Assembly: GCA_041661245.1 (NCBI GenBank)
Contig: JBAZUY010000001.1
Location: 294,876-358,875, forward strand
DNA from: an archaeon
GTDB lineage: Archaea; Iainarchaeota; Iainarchaeia; Iainarchaeales; JAAZKV01
Direction of reading: 5' to 3'
Length of the DNA: 64,000 nucleotides
Below are positions 1 to 8,612 of the stretch, in pieces. Every line of letters begins with the position of its first letter. Position 1 is the stretch's first letter. The position numbers were made by a program, and so were the translations under genes. The notes beneath the pieces were generated by a model. The model did no database searches and was not told the DNA's origin. It was given only the letters and a program-made list of their open reading frames with translations.

Positions 1-280
1 CTCGGTCATCAAAAGTATATTTATCCACGAGCCCAACTAACTCATACTTTGGAATGCCCGTTTCTTCAAGTAGTTCCCTTCCAATAGTACTTATCGCTTC
101 TTCCCCAGCATCAATACCCCCCTTTGGATATTCCCAGCCAGACCAATTTAGCACCCTATGCAAAAGCAGAAACTTTTCGCCATCAAAAGCAATAATCCCC
201 ACAATATCCCGCCTTGACCTAACACTTGAGCGCTTAAGCGGATCAAAGACTACTTTCTTGGAAACATCTTCAGGATACAT
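1..280 (-). CDS. Nudix hydrolase, N-terminal part (gene continues beyond window start)
   Basis: Own translation of the minus strand from the ATG at 278-280: MYPEDVSKKVVFDPLKRSSVRSRRDIVGIIAFDGEKFLLLHRVLNWSGWEYPKGGIDAGEEAISTIGRELLEETGIPKY... This contains the Nudix box GX5EX7REUXEEXGU. It is missing from the ORF track because it is edge-truncated. The + ORF 54..314 is its antisense shadow. Confidence 0.75.
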   Translation of the reverse strand, partial: MYPEDVSKKVVFDPLKRSSVRSRRDIVGIIAFDGEKFLLLHRVLNWSGWEYPKGGIDAGEEAISTIGRELLEETGIPKYELVGLVDKYTFDDR

Positions 281-382
281 AATAACTAAACAAAAAAGCT
301 CCAATAAACTATAAAACCCTCGCTTAGGAAAAAAGAGACAAAAGCGAACATTAAATTACCCATTTAGTACTAATAATAACAC

Positions 383-1090
383 ATGAAAGCAGCTAAACAA
401 AAAACAAAAAAGGTTCAAAAAGAAATTAATTCAAATAAGCTAGACTTACGAAACCGAATAAATATTTTGCTAATAGTTATACTTGTAATAATTTCCTTTT
501 TGGTTAGTTTTGTTGCATACAATGCATTACCGGAAACAATGACGATTCACTGGGGAATAAATGGAGAAGCAAACGGGTTTGCACCAAAAACAATTGGAAT
601 AATGATAATGCCAATAATTACTCTAATTCTTGTTGCTATTTTAATTGCCGTACCAAAACTTGACCCATTAAAAGGAAACATCGAATCATTTAAAGAAAAA
701 TATTATGATTTTATAACAATCTTTTGTGCGTTCATGCTTTACTTACACGCAATAACAATCTTACTTAACTTCGGAATCCAAGCAAATATGATAGCACTAT
801 TAGCTCCAGCATTTGCACTATTAATGTACTACATGGGAATACTTCTTGGAAGTGCTAAAAGGAATTATTTTATCGGAATTAGAACGCCATGGACACTGGA
901 CAACGAAACCGTGTGGAATAAAACTCACAAACTTGGAGAAAAATTATTCAAATTATCTGCGGCAATTTCAATACTAGGAGTAATCTTTCCAAATCAAGCC
1001 ATAATCCTAATCCTTGCCCCCATAATTATTTCATCAATATACTTAGTGGGTTTCTCTTACCTAGAACACAAAAAACAACTCAGAAAGTGA
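383..1090 (+). CDS. SdpI/YhfL-like multi-pass membrane protein (DUF1648-type N-terminus)
   Basis: Hydrophobic multi-TM protein. IHWGINGEANGF lies near the N-terminus and AKRNYFIGIRTPWTL resembles the SdpI-family motif. Confidence 0.55.
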   Translation: MKAAKQKTKKVQKEINSNKLDLRNRINILLIVILVIISFLVSFVAYNALPETMTIHWGINGEANGFAPKTIGIMIMPIITLILVAILIAVPKLDPLKGNIESFKEKYYDFITIFCAFMLYLHAITILLNFGIQANMIALLAPAFALLMYYMGILLGSAKRNYFIGIRTPWTLDNETVWNKTHKLGEKLFKLSAAISILGVIFPNQAIILILAPIIISSIYLVGFSYLEHKKQLRK

Positions 1091-1094
1091 GAGA

Positions 1095-2171
1095 ATGACC
1101 AAAGTTTATTTTACAAAGATTGATTCTTATTCTAAAACTAAAGAAATTAACAAAGCAACTCTAACCCTATTTAAAAAAATTCAATCTGAAGAAAAAATAC
1201 TTGATTTCTCAAAACCAATTCCGATAAAAGTTCATTTTGGAGAGGACAAATGCACTACTTATATTGAATCTAAAAAATTTGAAAGTTTAATTGACTATTT
1301 TAAAGATAATTCAAGACTAAAAAACACCCCTGTAAAACCAAATATATTTTTCACAGAAACAAATGCATTATACAAAGGAAAAAGAACAACAAAAGAATCC
1401 CACACTAACCTTGCAAAAGAACACGGATTCACCCAATTACCAATTATTATTGCTGATGGAGAAATGGGAGAGAATTACTCCGAAGTTAAAATAAAAAAAC
1501 CCCCTGCAAAACATTTTGATTCATGCAAGATTGGAAAAGTAATTGCTGACTCAGAGCAACTAATTGTAATTGCTCATTTTAAGGGACACATGATGGCCGG
1601 ATTTGGAGGAGCAATAAAACAACTCGCAATGGGATGCGCTGCAAGAGGGGGAAAACTTGCGATGCACGCACAATCCAAGCCAATACTAAATCCCCTTGAA
1701 TGTAAAAAATGTCATACCTGCGTAAAAAACTGTCCCGCAAATGCATGCATTATTGACACACTTGTACCACACATTGATTACTCTAAATGCATTGGATGCG
1801 CAAAATGTATTGCAGTATGTCCTTACAGTGCAATGAAAATAAATTGGGCAAGTACTCTTCCTGGAGATTTTGAAGAAAAACTTGCAGAATATGCATACGC
1901 GGCACAAAAAGGAAAAAAAGTAATTTACATTAGTTTTGCACTAAATATTACAAAAGAATGCGATTGTATGGGGACACCACAAAAAACAATTGCAAAAGAC
2001 ATTGGAGTACTTGCATCAATTGACCCAGTGGCACTAGATACGGCTTGTCTTGATTTATTAAAGAAAAGCGAAGGAAAAAAAATATTTAGAGGAGAACATG
2101 CGTTAGAACATGCAGAACAACTTGGCTTCGGAAGTAAAAAATACGAGTTAGTTGAAGTAAACTTAGAATAA
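1095..2171 (+). CDS. DUF362-type Fe-S protein with 2x[4Fe-4S] ferredoxin domain
   Basis: Two ferredoxin-type cysteine motifs, CKKCHTCVKNCP and CIGCAKCIAVCP, sit inside a COG2768/DUF362-like frame. The start is 4 nt after the previous stop. Confidence 0.65.
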   Translation: MTKVYFTKIDSYSKTKEINKATLTLFKKIQSEEKILDFSKPIPIKVHFGEDKCTTYIESKKFESLIDYFKDNSRLKNTPVKPNIFFTETNALYKGKRTTKESHTNLAKEHGFTQLPIIIADGEMGENYSEVKIKKPPAKHFDSCKIGKVIADSEQLIVIAHFKGHMMAGFGGAIKQLAMGCAARGGKLAMHAQSKPILNPLECKKCHTCVKNCPANACIIDTLVPHIDYSKCIGCAKCIAVCPYSAMKINWASTLPGDFEEKLAEYAYAAQKGKKVIYISFALNITKECDCMGTPQKTIAKDIGVLASIDPVALDTACLDLLKKSEGKKIFRGEHALEHAEQLGFGSKKYELVEVNLE

Positions 2172-2214
2172 CCCTTCCAGAAATCCTTATTAATCAAGAA
2201 AACTAATTTCTAAC

Positions 2215-3384
2215 ATGGCAAAAGAAAAGAAAGCCCCGCTTGGCAAGAAAGCAAGTAAAAAAACAATTCACACTTTTGGAATCGCTTCCTTGTTTAATGA
2301 TATGGGAGCAAACATGATTTACCCGATTTGGCCACTGTTTCTTACAAGCGTTCTTGGCGCAAACATGTCAGTACTTGGATTAGTTGACGGACTAGGGGAT
2401 GCACTTGTTTCACTCTCCCAAGCACTAAGTGGATACGCTTCTGATCGATTAAGAAAAAGAAAAGTATTCATTTGGTTAGGTTACCTTTTAGGAGCACTCT
2501 CAAGAATAGGTTACGCTATTTCAACAAGCTGGCCAATGATAATTCCATTTAGAATACTTGACCGAGCAGGAAAGATTCGTGATTCTCCAAGAGATGCAAT
2601 TGTAGCAGATGAATCAGATAACACAAATCGAGGAAAAAACTTTGGTTTAATTAAAGGACTAGATAAAGCAGGAGGAGTGTTAGGAATAATTTTGTGCATA
2701 TTTTTTGTGAATTATTTTGGTTACCAAAATTTCTTTATCCTTGCAGCAATCCCCTCAATTTTGAGTGCGGCACTAGTTTATTTTATAATAAAAGAAAAAA
2801 AGAATAATAAAATAAAATTATACAAAGGAATACAACTCAGAAACTTAACCCCCCAGTACCGTCTCTTTCTTGTTTTAAGTGCAATATTCGCGCTCGGTTC
2901 ATTTAGTTATTCCTTCTTGCTAGTATTTGCAAACAAAGCAGGATATCAAATAGAATTTGTCCCAGTACTTTACTTAATCTACATTTTAGTAGCCGCATTA
3001 TTTTCAATTCCATTTGGAAAACTCTCAGATAAAATTGGGAGAAAAAAAGTAATGTACTTAGCAATGCTCTTTTGGGCACTAACTTGCATTGTTTTCATTT
3101 TCTTTAATTCTCTAATCGCAATAATGATTACTTTTGTGCTGTATGGACTTCACCACGCAGCAATCGCCCCTGTTCAAACGGCATACGTTTCAGAACTCTC
3201 TCCAAAGAAATTTCGTGCAAGCGCACTAGGCGGATTTCAAATGAGCCTCGGATTATGCGCACTCCCTGCTTCCCTTATTGCAGGAATACTATGGGACAAT
3301 ATTTCTCCTGCAGCACCATTTGTACTATCATTGGGACTAACAATAATTGCAATTGTTTTATTACACTTTGTTAAAGAAACTTAA
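2215..3384 (+). CDS. MFS transporter
   Basis: 389 aa with about 12 hydrophobic segments. A DRLRKRK loop follows TM2, which is MFS signature-like. Confidence 0.7.
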   Translation: MAKEKKAPLGKKASKKTIHTFGIASLFNDMGANMIYPIWPLFLTSVLGANMSVLGLVDGLGDALVSLSQALSGYASDRLRKRKVFIWLGYLLGALSRIGYAISTSWPMIIPFRILDRAGKIRDSPRDAIVADESDNTNRGKNFGLIKGLDKAGGVLGIILCIFFVNYFGYQNFFILAAIPSILSAALVYFIIKEKKNNKIKLYKGIQLRNLTPQYRLFLVLSAIFALGSFSYSFLLVFANKAGYQIEFVPVLYLIYILVAALFSIPFGKLSDKIGRKKVMYLAMLFWALTCIVFIFFNSLIAIMITFVLYGLHHAAIAPVQTAYVSELSPKKFRASALGGFQMSLGLCALPASLIAGILWDNISPAAPFVLSLGLTIIAIVLLHFVKET

Positions 3385-3419
3385 TAAATGAATTAAATTA
3401 GGCAGATAAAATAAAATAA

Positions 3420-4265
3420 TCATTCAACTTGGTCAATTATTGATTTATTTATTTGTTGAGCCATGTTTTTATTTTTTGCAATGCTTAACTTCACCTCAGC
3501 TTTTGCAGAAACTATTTTTGCCAATTCTTCAAGGTTAAGATTTTCTAACTTTTTTACTTTCTTAAAAAAAGCATCAAGTGCAAGAGCCGTTTCTTTTTGG
3601 TAATTTGTTTGAATCACAAGAGATCCATGTGTAGAAATTGCATATTCTTTATCAAACTCTGAACGTGATGAAAGAATAGACACTTTTACGCCCAAATCCC
3701 TATAAAACTTTACAGTTAGTTTGTCTAAAATAGTGTTTCCTGTAATTAGAAAATAGGACTTTGTTCCCCCAGATAATAATTTAGTCATGAGTTTTCGTTC
3801 AGATTCAGGAAAAAGAATTGCTTCCCACATGTGATGCGTTTGATAACAATTGATATCCCCTTTTTCCGTTTTATTTGACTCGAGTGAATGCTGCCAAAAC
3901 TTCATCATTTCAGCAATTGAATCAAAAGTAAATACAGACAAATCTTCCCCTATTGCATCAACGCGCTTACGTACAGGCGCAATTGAAAACAATTGTGAAT
4001 GTAGCGCATCAATTTCTTTTTTTGCTTGGGAAATCCAACGTTTATCAATTGAATACTTAGAGTTTTCCTCTATTAATGCACCCGCAATAACTAACTCGTG
4101 CACAGCTTTTCTAACCCCTTGAAAAGTAACTTGCTTACCATGTCTTCTTTGCACCAAATTGGTTAATTGAATAATTTTTAGAGGAGATTCTTTTGTAAGA
4201 ATTCCAAACACAATTGATTTCACAGAATCTTTCCTTCCAAAACAAAGTTCTAGTAATGAATCCAT
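3420..4265 (-). CDS. Winged-helix DNA-binding protein, uncharacterised family (paralogue of 41871..42695)
   Basis: The N-terminal ~70 aa (IVFGILTKESPLKIIQLTNLVQRRHGKQVTFQGVRKAVHELVIAGALIE) look like a wHTH. The same architecture and length occur in the ORF at 41871. Confidence 0.4.
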   Translation of the reverse strand: MDSLLELCFGRKDSVKSIVFGILTKESPLKIIQLTNLVQRRHGKQVTFQGVRKAVHELVIAGALIEENSKYSIDKRWISQAKKEIDALHSQLFSIAPVRKRVDAIGEDLSVFTFDSIAEMMKFWQHSLESNKTEKGDINCYQTHHMWEAILFPESERKLMTKLLSGGTKSYFLITGNTILDKLTVKFYRDLGVKVSILSSRSEFDKEYAISTHGSLVIQTNYQKETALALDAFFKKVKKLENLNLEELAKIVSAKAEVKLSIAKNKNMAQQINKSIIDQVE

Positions 4266-4289
4266 TAAACCATTAAGTTACATGGAATA

Positions 4290-4309
4290 GTTAAACCTTT
4301 TGGTTTAAC
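4290..4309. promoter_or_regulatory. 20-bp palindrome GTTAAACC-TTTT-GGTTTAAC in a divergent promoter region
   Basis: Perfect 8-bp arms read directly. It lies between the wHTH gene (minus, start 4265) and the SDR-like gene (plus, start 4360). Confidence 0.35.
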
Positions 4310-4359
4310 AGAAATTGAACCCATAGTATATCTACCATAAAACCAGCAACTTCCTTACT

Positions 4360-5106
4360 ATGAATAAAAAACTAATAATAATAGCTGGTGCAAGAGGAGA
4401 TCTTGGAAAATTTTACTATGCTCACTTCCAAAAAAAATATGGTGCAAATTGTATTGGGCTAAGCAGCAAAATCAACTCCCCGAACACAGGATTACTCAAG
4501 ATAGATTTGTTTGACAAAAACGCCTGCAGCACTTTTGTCCAAAACTTGAGGTTATCCAAATACAAAGAGATAATCTTGATTCATTCTATAGGAAGGTTTC
4601 TTTTCGAAGAAAAGGGCGTGCCAATAATTGATGAAAATCATGATGGAATTGAAGATGGAATTTATTTAACAAATGTAACAACTTTTCTCAATATTTCCCA
4701 GCCCTTAATTGAAAAAATACAAACCTTGCCAAATACATGTTTGACTTTATGTGCGATAGGATCAATTAGTGATAGGGAAATGGTTCCTTTTTGGCAATCC
4801 TTCTCAAAATCAAAGAATATATTGCGAGAATACATTCACGCAAACATATCCAAGAATGTTCACGGCGTGTTTATCAATATTTCAAGCACAGAGAAAGAAG
4901 AAGAAAGAATCTTTGCTCATAAAAAATATTGGTTATCTTCTAAAGAAGTTGTTAACGCAAGTGTTCGGGCGATTGAAGACAACAACCTATACTGGCAAGA
5001 GATTGACATACTCAAACCAGATCCAGAGTATTACCCCACATATTACAAAGACTACGAAGGGATATACAAAAAATGGATATTTGAATTATATGGAAAAAAT
5101 ATTTGA
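4360..5106 (+). CDS. NAD(P)-binding Rossmann / atypical short-chain dehydrogenase-like protein
   Basis: N-terminal IIIAGARGDLG matches the GxxGxxG-type loop. The usual YxxxK appears as FSKSK, so the protein is atypical. Confidence 0.45.
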   Translation: MNKKLIIIAGARGDLGKFYYAHFQKKYGANCIGLSSKINSPNTGLLKIDLFDKNACSTFVQNLRLSKYKEIILIHSIGRFLFEEKGVPIIDENHDGIEDGIYLTNVTTFLNISQPLIEKIQTLPNTCLTLCAIGSISDREMVPFWQSFSKSKNILREYIHANISKNVHGVFINISSTEKEEERIFAHKKYWLSSKEVVNASVRAIEDNNLYWQEIDILKPDPEYYPTYYKDYEGIYKKWIFELYGKNI

Positions 5107-5124
5107 AACGTACTTTCCTAAGAT

Positions 5125-6261
5125 TTACTTTTCAATTCGCACAATTCCCTGTGTTGCATCAACGGTTACTTTCATTCCATCCTTTAGAACTTTTGTTGCA
5201 GTAGTTGTTCCAATAATGCAAGGCTTTTTCATTTCGCGTGCTGTAATTGCCGCATGGGAAAGAATTCCGCCAGCATCGGTAACAAAGGCACTTGCTTTCT
5301 CCATTAATGGCAAAAACTCTGGGCGAGTCATTCCCGTAACAAGAATATCCCCTTCGTTAAAAACAGCATATCGTTTTGGATGAAGAATAATTCTCACAGT
5401 CCCTGAAACAATTCCTGCAAAAGCAGTTTTTCCTTTCAGAGTAGTTTCTTCTTTTGGTTTTAACAACCAATTTTTTATTTCTAAATACTCTTCACCAACA
5501 AATATTTGCTCCGCCCCATTATTGTACCAAATAACACAACCATTAGAGCGATCTTGCAAAGTTTTTTTTGAAGGAATAACTTTTTTCTTCAAATAATCCC
5601 GCAACTCGTTTTTTGTTAAACAAATAAAAAGTTCTTTTGGGATAGCTTCCTTTTCACCAACACTTGATTCAATTAATCGAACAACTTCTTCAACACCAGT
5701 GTAAACAGACTCTGTTGCAACACGCGCTTTTTGAAAATCATCTAAAAGTAAATCAAGTGATTTTTTTGAAAGATAATCCGCAACTCGTTTAATTAAGAGA
5801 TTTGGAACAACTTGAGCGTACAAAGATTCTTGCAATGAATCAAAATCTTTCTCGGTAAATTTAGTTTTTTTCTTAAGTTTATTAATTAGTTCAAGAGTTT
5901 TTTTAGTTTGAAGGAGAACTTTATTTACCCACTTCTTACCAACTTTAACATCCAGTTCAATTTCGCTTGCAAGAGGAAAAACAAAATCCTTTATTTCTTC
6001 AGGAGTATAAAACTGAGAACTCACTCCATTTTCAAATAAATAAAAAGTATTAGTAAACTTTCTTCCAACACGCTTTTCTATATCTTTTGTATACAAATCC
6101 CCATACCAAGTACAAAAAACTAAACCCACACGAACAGACCAATTTTGAACCCACACTTTTTTTGAAAGAGTTGAAACATCCATAAAATTCACAAATAGAG
6201 AATATATACTTAAATAAAAATTAAATAGCCCCTCCAGTTTTGCAACGTCCTGTTCCGCCAT
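5125..6261 (-). CDS. PEP-utilising enzyme mobile-domain protein (truncated PEP synthase / PPDK-like)
   Basis: C-terminal GDILVTGMTRPEFLPLMEKASAFVTDAGGILSHAAITAREMKKPCIIG is the phospho-His swivel-domain motif. The true start may be the internal ATG at 6183 (MDVSTLSKK). The first 26 codons cover AT-rich promoter-like sequence and a tRNA-fragment repeat. Confidence 0.6.
   Translation of the reverse strand: MAEQDVAKLEGLFNFYLSIYSLFVNFMDVSTLSKKVWVQNWSVRVGLVFCTWYGDLYTKDIEKRVGRKFTNTFYLFENGVSSQFYTPEEIKDFVFPLASEIELDVKVGKKWVNKVLLQTKKTLELINKLKKKTKFTEKDFDSLQESLYAQVVPNLLIKRVADYLSKKSLDLLLDDFQKARVATESVYTGVEEVVRLIESSVGEKEAIPKELFICLTKNELRDYLKKKVIPSKKTLQDRSNGCVIWYNNGAEQIFVGEEYLEIKNWLLKPKEETTLKGKTAFAGIVSGTVRIILHPKRYAVFNEGDILVTGMTRPEFLPLMEKASAFVTDAGGILSHAAITAREMKKPCIIGTTTATKVLKDGMKVTVDATQGIVRIEK
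6217..6235. repeat. Direct repeat copy 1 (AAAATTAAATAGCCCCTCC), duplicate of the tRNA-Gln 3' end plus flank
   Basis: The 19 nt are identical to 6322..6340. Similarity continues with one indel (ctccag vs ctcccag). Confidence 0.7.
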
Positions 6262-6321
6262 GACCAGACGGAAGACGCTTAACGTGCTATCTTCGATAGC
6301 ACAAGAGACTTACTGATAATT

Positions 6322-6340
6322 AAAATTAAATAGCCCCTCC
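6322..6340. repeat. Direct repeat copy 2 (overlaps the 3' acceptor strand of tRNA-Gln and 9-10 nt downstream)
   Basis: See copy 1. About 86 nt separate the two copies. Confidence 0.7.
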
Positions 6341-6403
6341 CAGATTCGAACTGGGGTATCAGGCTTCAAAGGCCTGCATCCTTAGCCACTAGACGAAGGG
6401 GCT
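6331..6403 (-). tRNA. tRNA-Gln (anticodon TTG)
   Basis: Hand-folded cloverleaf. Acceptor AGCCCCT/AGGGGCT, anticodon stem CAGGC/GCCTG with loop CTTTGAA, T arm CCCAG-TTCGAAT-CTGGG, discriminator A. No encoded CCA and a T-rich trailer. Confidence 0.85.
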
Positions 6404-6598
6404 GACTAATTAATCACTTGCTTTGCAAGTAATAGATTTTACGCTTCCGAAGATTTAAATGCCTTCTTGAAAGGCAAAAAATGACCAGGGCCATATCATT
6501 AACACTAAACCTGCCCGTTACATATTGAAGATTCATTTAGTTAAGGCGCACAAAATGAACAGGCATAAAAATAGAAGCCACCTACTATTCTGATTGAT

Positions 6599-7006
6599 AT
6601 GAAACTAATCCAATGGACTGACGAGCTTAGTACTGGAATCAAAAAAATTGATGACGAACATAAAAAGTTTTTAGGGTTACTTAATACTTCAAACAGATTA
6701 GTTAGGGCTAAAAAATATAAAGCACTAAATAAACAACTTCCGGATCTATTTTCTTACGCCAAAACTCACTTTTCAACAGAAGAAGACCTATTCGAGAAAT
6801 ACAACTACCCCTTCTCAAATGAACATAAAAACGAACACCTCCAACTACTCGAAAAAACCATAACCTTCTATGATGATGCAAAAAATGGAAAAAACGTCGG
6901 AGAGGATTTAATGGATTTTCTTAAAGACTGGTTTCAAAACCACTTGAAAAAACACGATTTTAAGTATACTAAATACTTCCAAAAGAACAAAATCAAAGTC
7001 GAATAG
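6599..7006 (+). CDS. Hemerythrin-like metal-binding protein
   Basis: WTDELSTGIKKIDDEHKKF ... HFSTEEDLF ... NEHKNEH ... DWFQNHLKKHD matches the bacteriohemerythrin His/Glu/Asp ligand pattern. Confidence 0.8.
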   Translation: MKLIQWTDELSTGIKKIDDEHKKFLGLLNTSNRLVRAKKYKALNKQLPDLFSYAKTHFSTEEDLFEKYNYPFSNEHKNEHLQLLEKTITFYDDAKNGKNVGEDLMDFLKDWFQNHLKKHDFKYTKYFQKNKIKVE

Positions 7007-7068
7007 ACCAACAAAAAGTTGCCCAAGGGCACTAATTTAAAGCTTTCTTTGGAATAAATTTTTGTAAT

Positions 7069-7143
7069 GGGCGGGTAGCTCAGCCCGATTGGAGCACGCG
7101 ACTGATAATCGCGCGGTCGTGAGTTTAAATCTCACCCTGCCCA
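7069..7143 (+). tRNA. tRNA-Ile (anticodon GAT)
   Basis: Hand-folded. Acceptor GGGCGGG/CCTGCCC (one G-U), D arm GCTC/GAGC, anticodon stem CGCGA/TCGCG with loop CTGATAA, T arm GTGAG-TTTAAAT-CTCAC, discriminator A. Confidence 0.85.
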
Positions 7144-7198
7144 TAAAAATTAGCAATACCAGCGTCAAACCTGGTATGTGCTAATAGAGTAAATAAGC

Positions 7199-7969
7199 CT
7201 AATCAACAACAAACTCATTGAAAATATTCTTTAATATTTTATCTTCTTTCAATTTAATCTTTTTTGGATTAAATTCAACTAAATCAATTGCTGTTGCTTT
7301 TTCTAACCCATAAGAGAAATATTTCTTTGCTAGCGGAACAGACAATCCCCCCGCATGAACGTAGCCAGTTGCTTGCATTATATTTGAGTCCAAAACATCC
7401 ACATCAAAAGAAAGGTACAAATTTTTAGCATTTATTAAAAACTCATTAAATTCTTTAAACACTTTTTCTTTATTTTCTTCAAGATCTTTAAAATAAATTT
7501 GTTTTACTCCGCTTGTTTTAAGGAATTCTTTCTCTGAGGGATAAATCTTTCGAAGACCAAAAAGCAGTATGTTTTGGGGAGGAACTATTTTTTGTTCAAC
7601 TAAAGCACGAACAAAATCCTCATGACTCGGAGTAGAAAGCCCTTCATCACAATCAGAATGAGCATCAAAAATTAAAATTGAGGAATCTTTATTCATCCCT
7701 GCAAAGGCTTTGAAAGTTGAAAAAGTAATATCGTGAGTTCCGCCAAAGAAAACAACTTTCTTCCCAATGCATTTAGTAAATGCTTCCGTAGATTGCAGCA
7801 CAATTTCTTTTTGCTGTAGTTCAACATCGTTTTTTGTTAACTCAAATTCATTTAATTGAACTGAAAAAAGCTCTGATAAGTAATTTGGGGCATTTTCACA
7901 CCCACTATTCTTACCAAGCGCCCCTTCGCTTGTTGAAACCCCAAAGAAACAAAACTTACTCGCAGGCAT
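7199..7969 (-). CDS. speB: Agmatinase / ureohydrolase family
   Basis: Mn-ligand motifs GGTHDITF, IFDAHSDCD and SFDVDVLD. It sits in an operon with deoxyhypusine synthase. Confidence 0.8.
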   Translation of the reverse strand: MPASKFCFFGVSTSEGALGKNSGCENAPNYLSELFSVQLNEFELTKNDVELQQKEIVLQSTEAFTKCIGKKVVFFGGTHDITFSTFKAFAGMNKDSSILIFDAHSDCDEGLSTPSHEDFVRALVEQKIVPPQNILLFGLRKIYPSEKEFLKTSGVKQIYFKDLEENKEKVFKEFNEFLINAKNLYLSFDVDVLDSNIMQATGYVHAGGLSVPLAKKYFSYGLEKATAIDLVEFNPKKIKLKEDKILKNIFNEFVVD

Positions 7970-7980
7970 AAAACCAACCT

Positions 7981-8592
7981 TTATTTTTTTAAGAATACTT
8001 TTGGAAGAAGTTTAGTTGAAAGAACATACGCTACATCAAATGAAAAAATTGTTACCCAAATAATCCACTCGTTTAAAAATAATGACACTAAAAAAGCAGT
8101 TATTTCTAAAAATGGTCTGAGCGAAAAAAAGGAACGCTTAGAACTGTTACCCAAAAACTTTTCAGAATACTTATCCGCAAATTCATCAAGGATACTTGCG
8201 GCAAAAAAAGCAAGTGCTAAAGCGACAAAAGAAAGATTTAATCCAACATTTAACAGCCCTAAAGAAATTAAAAATGCACAAAGCAAAACAAAAAGAAATA
8301 ATGCAATTAAATGCCCAATCACATCAATTTTTCTAGCTAATATTTCCCCAAGAATTGTTCCAATCGCAAGCGGGAAAAGAATTGGCCACAAAACAACGAC
8401 TATTGCAATAAGTAATCCATATAAAACGCCCAATGGAAGAGAAAGTTTTCTTAAAACACCCAAAGACTTGTTTTTGTTTAAAATAACTTTCAAGTCATCT
8501 TCCAGGAAATCAACAAATTTAACTAAAAAGCCAATTAGGAATGATAAAATAGAAACACTAAGAAGCACTACCCAAACCATAAACACAACCAC
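7981..8592 (-). CDS. Multi-pass membrane protein, unknown function
   Basis: Six or so hydrophobic segments. Located between dys and speB on the same strand. Confidence 0.45.
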   Translation of the reverse strand: MVVFMVWVVLLSVSILSFLIGFLVKFVDFLEDDLKVILNKNKSLGVLRKLSLPLGVLYGLLIAIVVVLWPILFPLAIGTILGEILARKIDVIGHLIALFLFVLLCAFLISLGLLNVGLNLSFVALALAFFAASILDEFADKYSEKFLGNSSKRSFFSLRPFLEITAFLVSLFLNEWIIWVTIFSFDVAYVLSTKLLPKVFLKK

Positions 8593-8612
8593 TTTTCAAA
8601 CAATTTAACAGT

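Noticed and set aside
54-314. Track ORF of 86 aa on the + strand at the window start
   Set aside because: It is Ser/Pro/Leu-rich and low-complexity. It lies exactly antisense to a clear Nudix-box-containing minus-strand reading frame that runs off the window edge.
4769-5383. 204-aa + ORF bridging the SDR-like gene and the PEP-utilising gene
   Set aside because: It overlaps two better-supported genes, in frame with neither, and has no motifs.
6259-6527. Two short + strand ORFs flanking tRNA-Gln that both start MTR and end TY (6259-6315 and 6480-6527)
   Set aside because: The shared ATGACCAG 8-mer and loose similarity are within chance expectation for such short strings. There is no RBS or promoter evidence.
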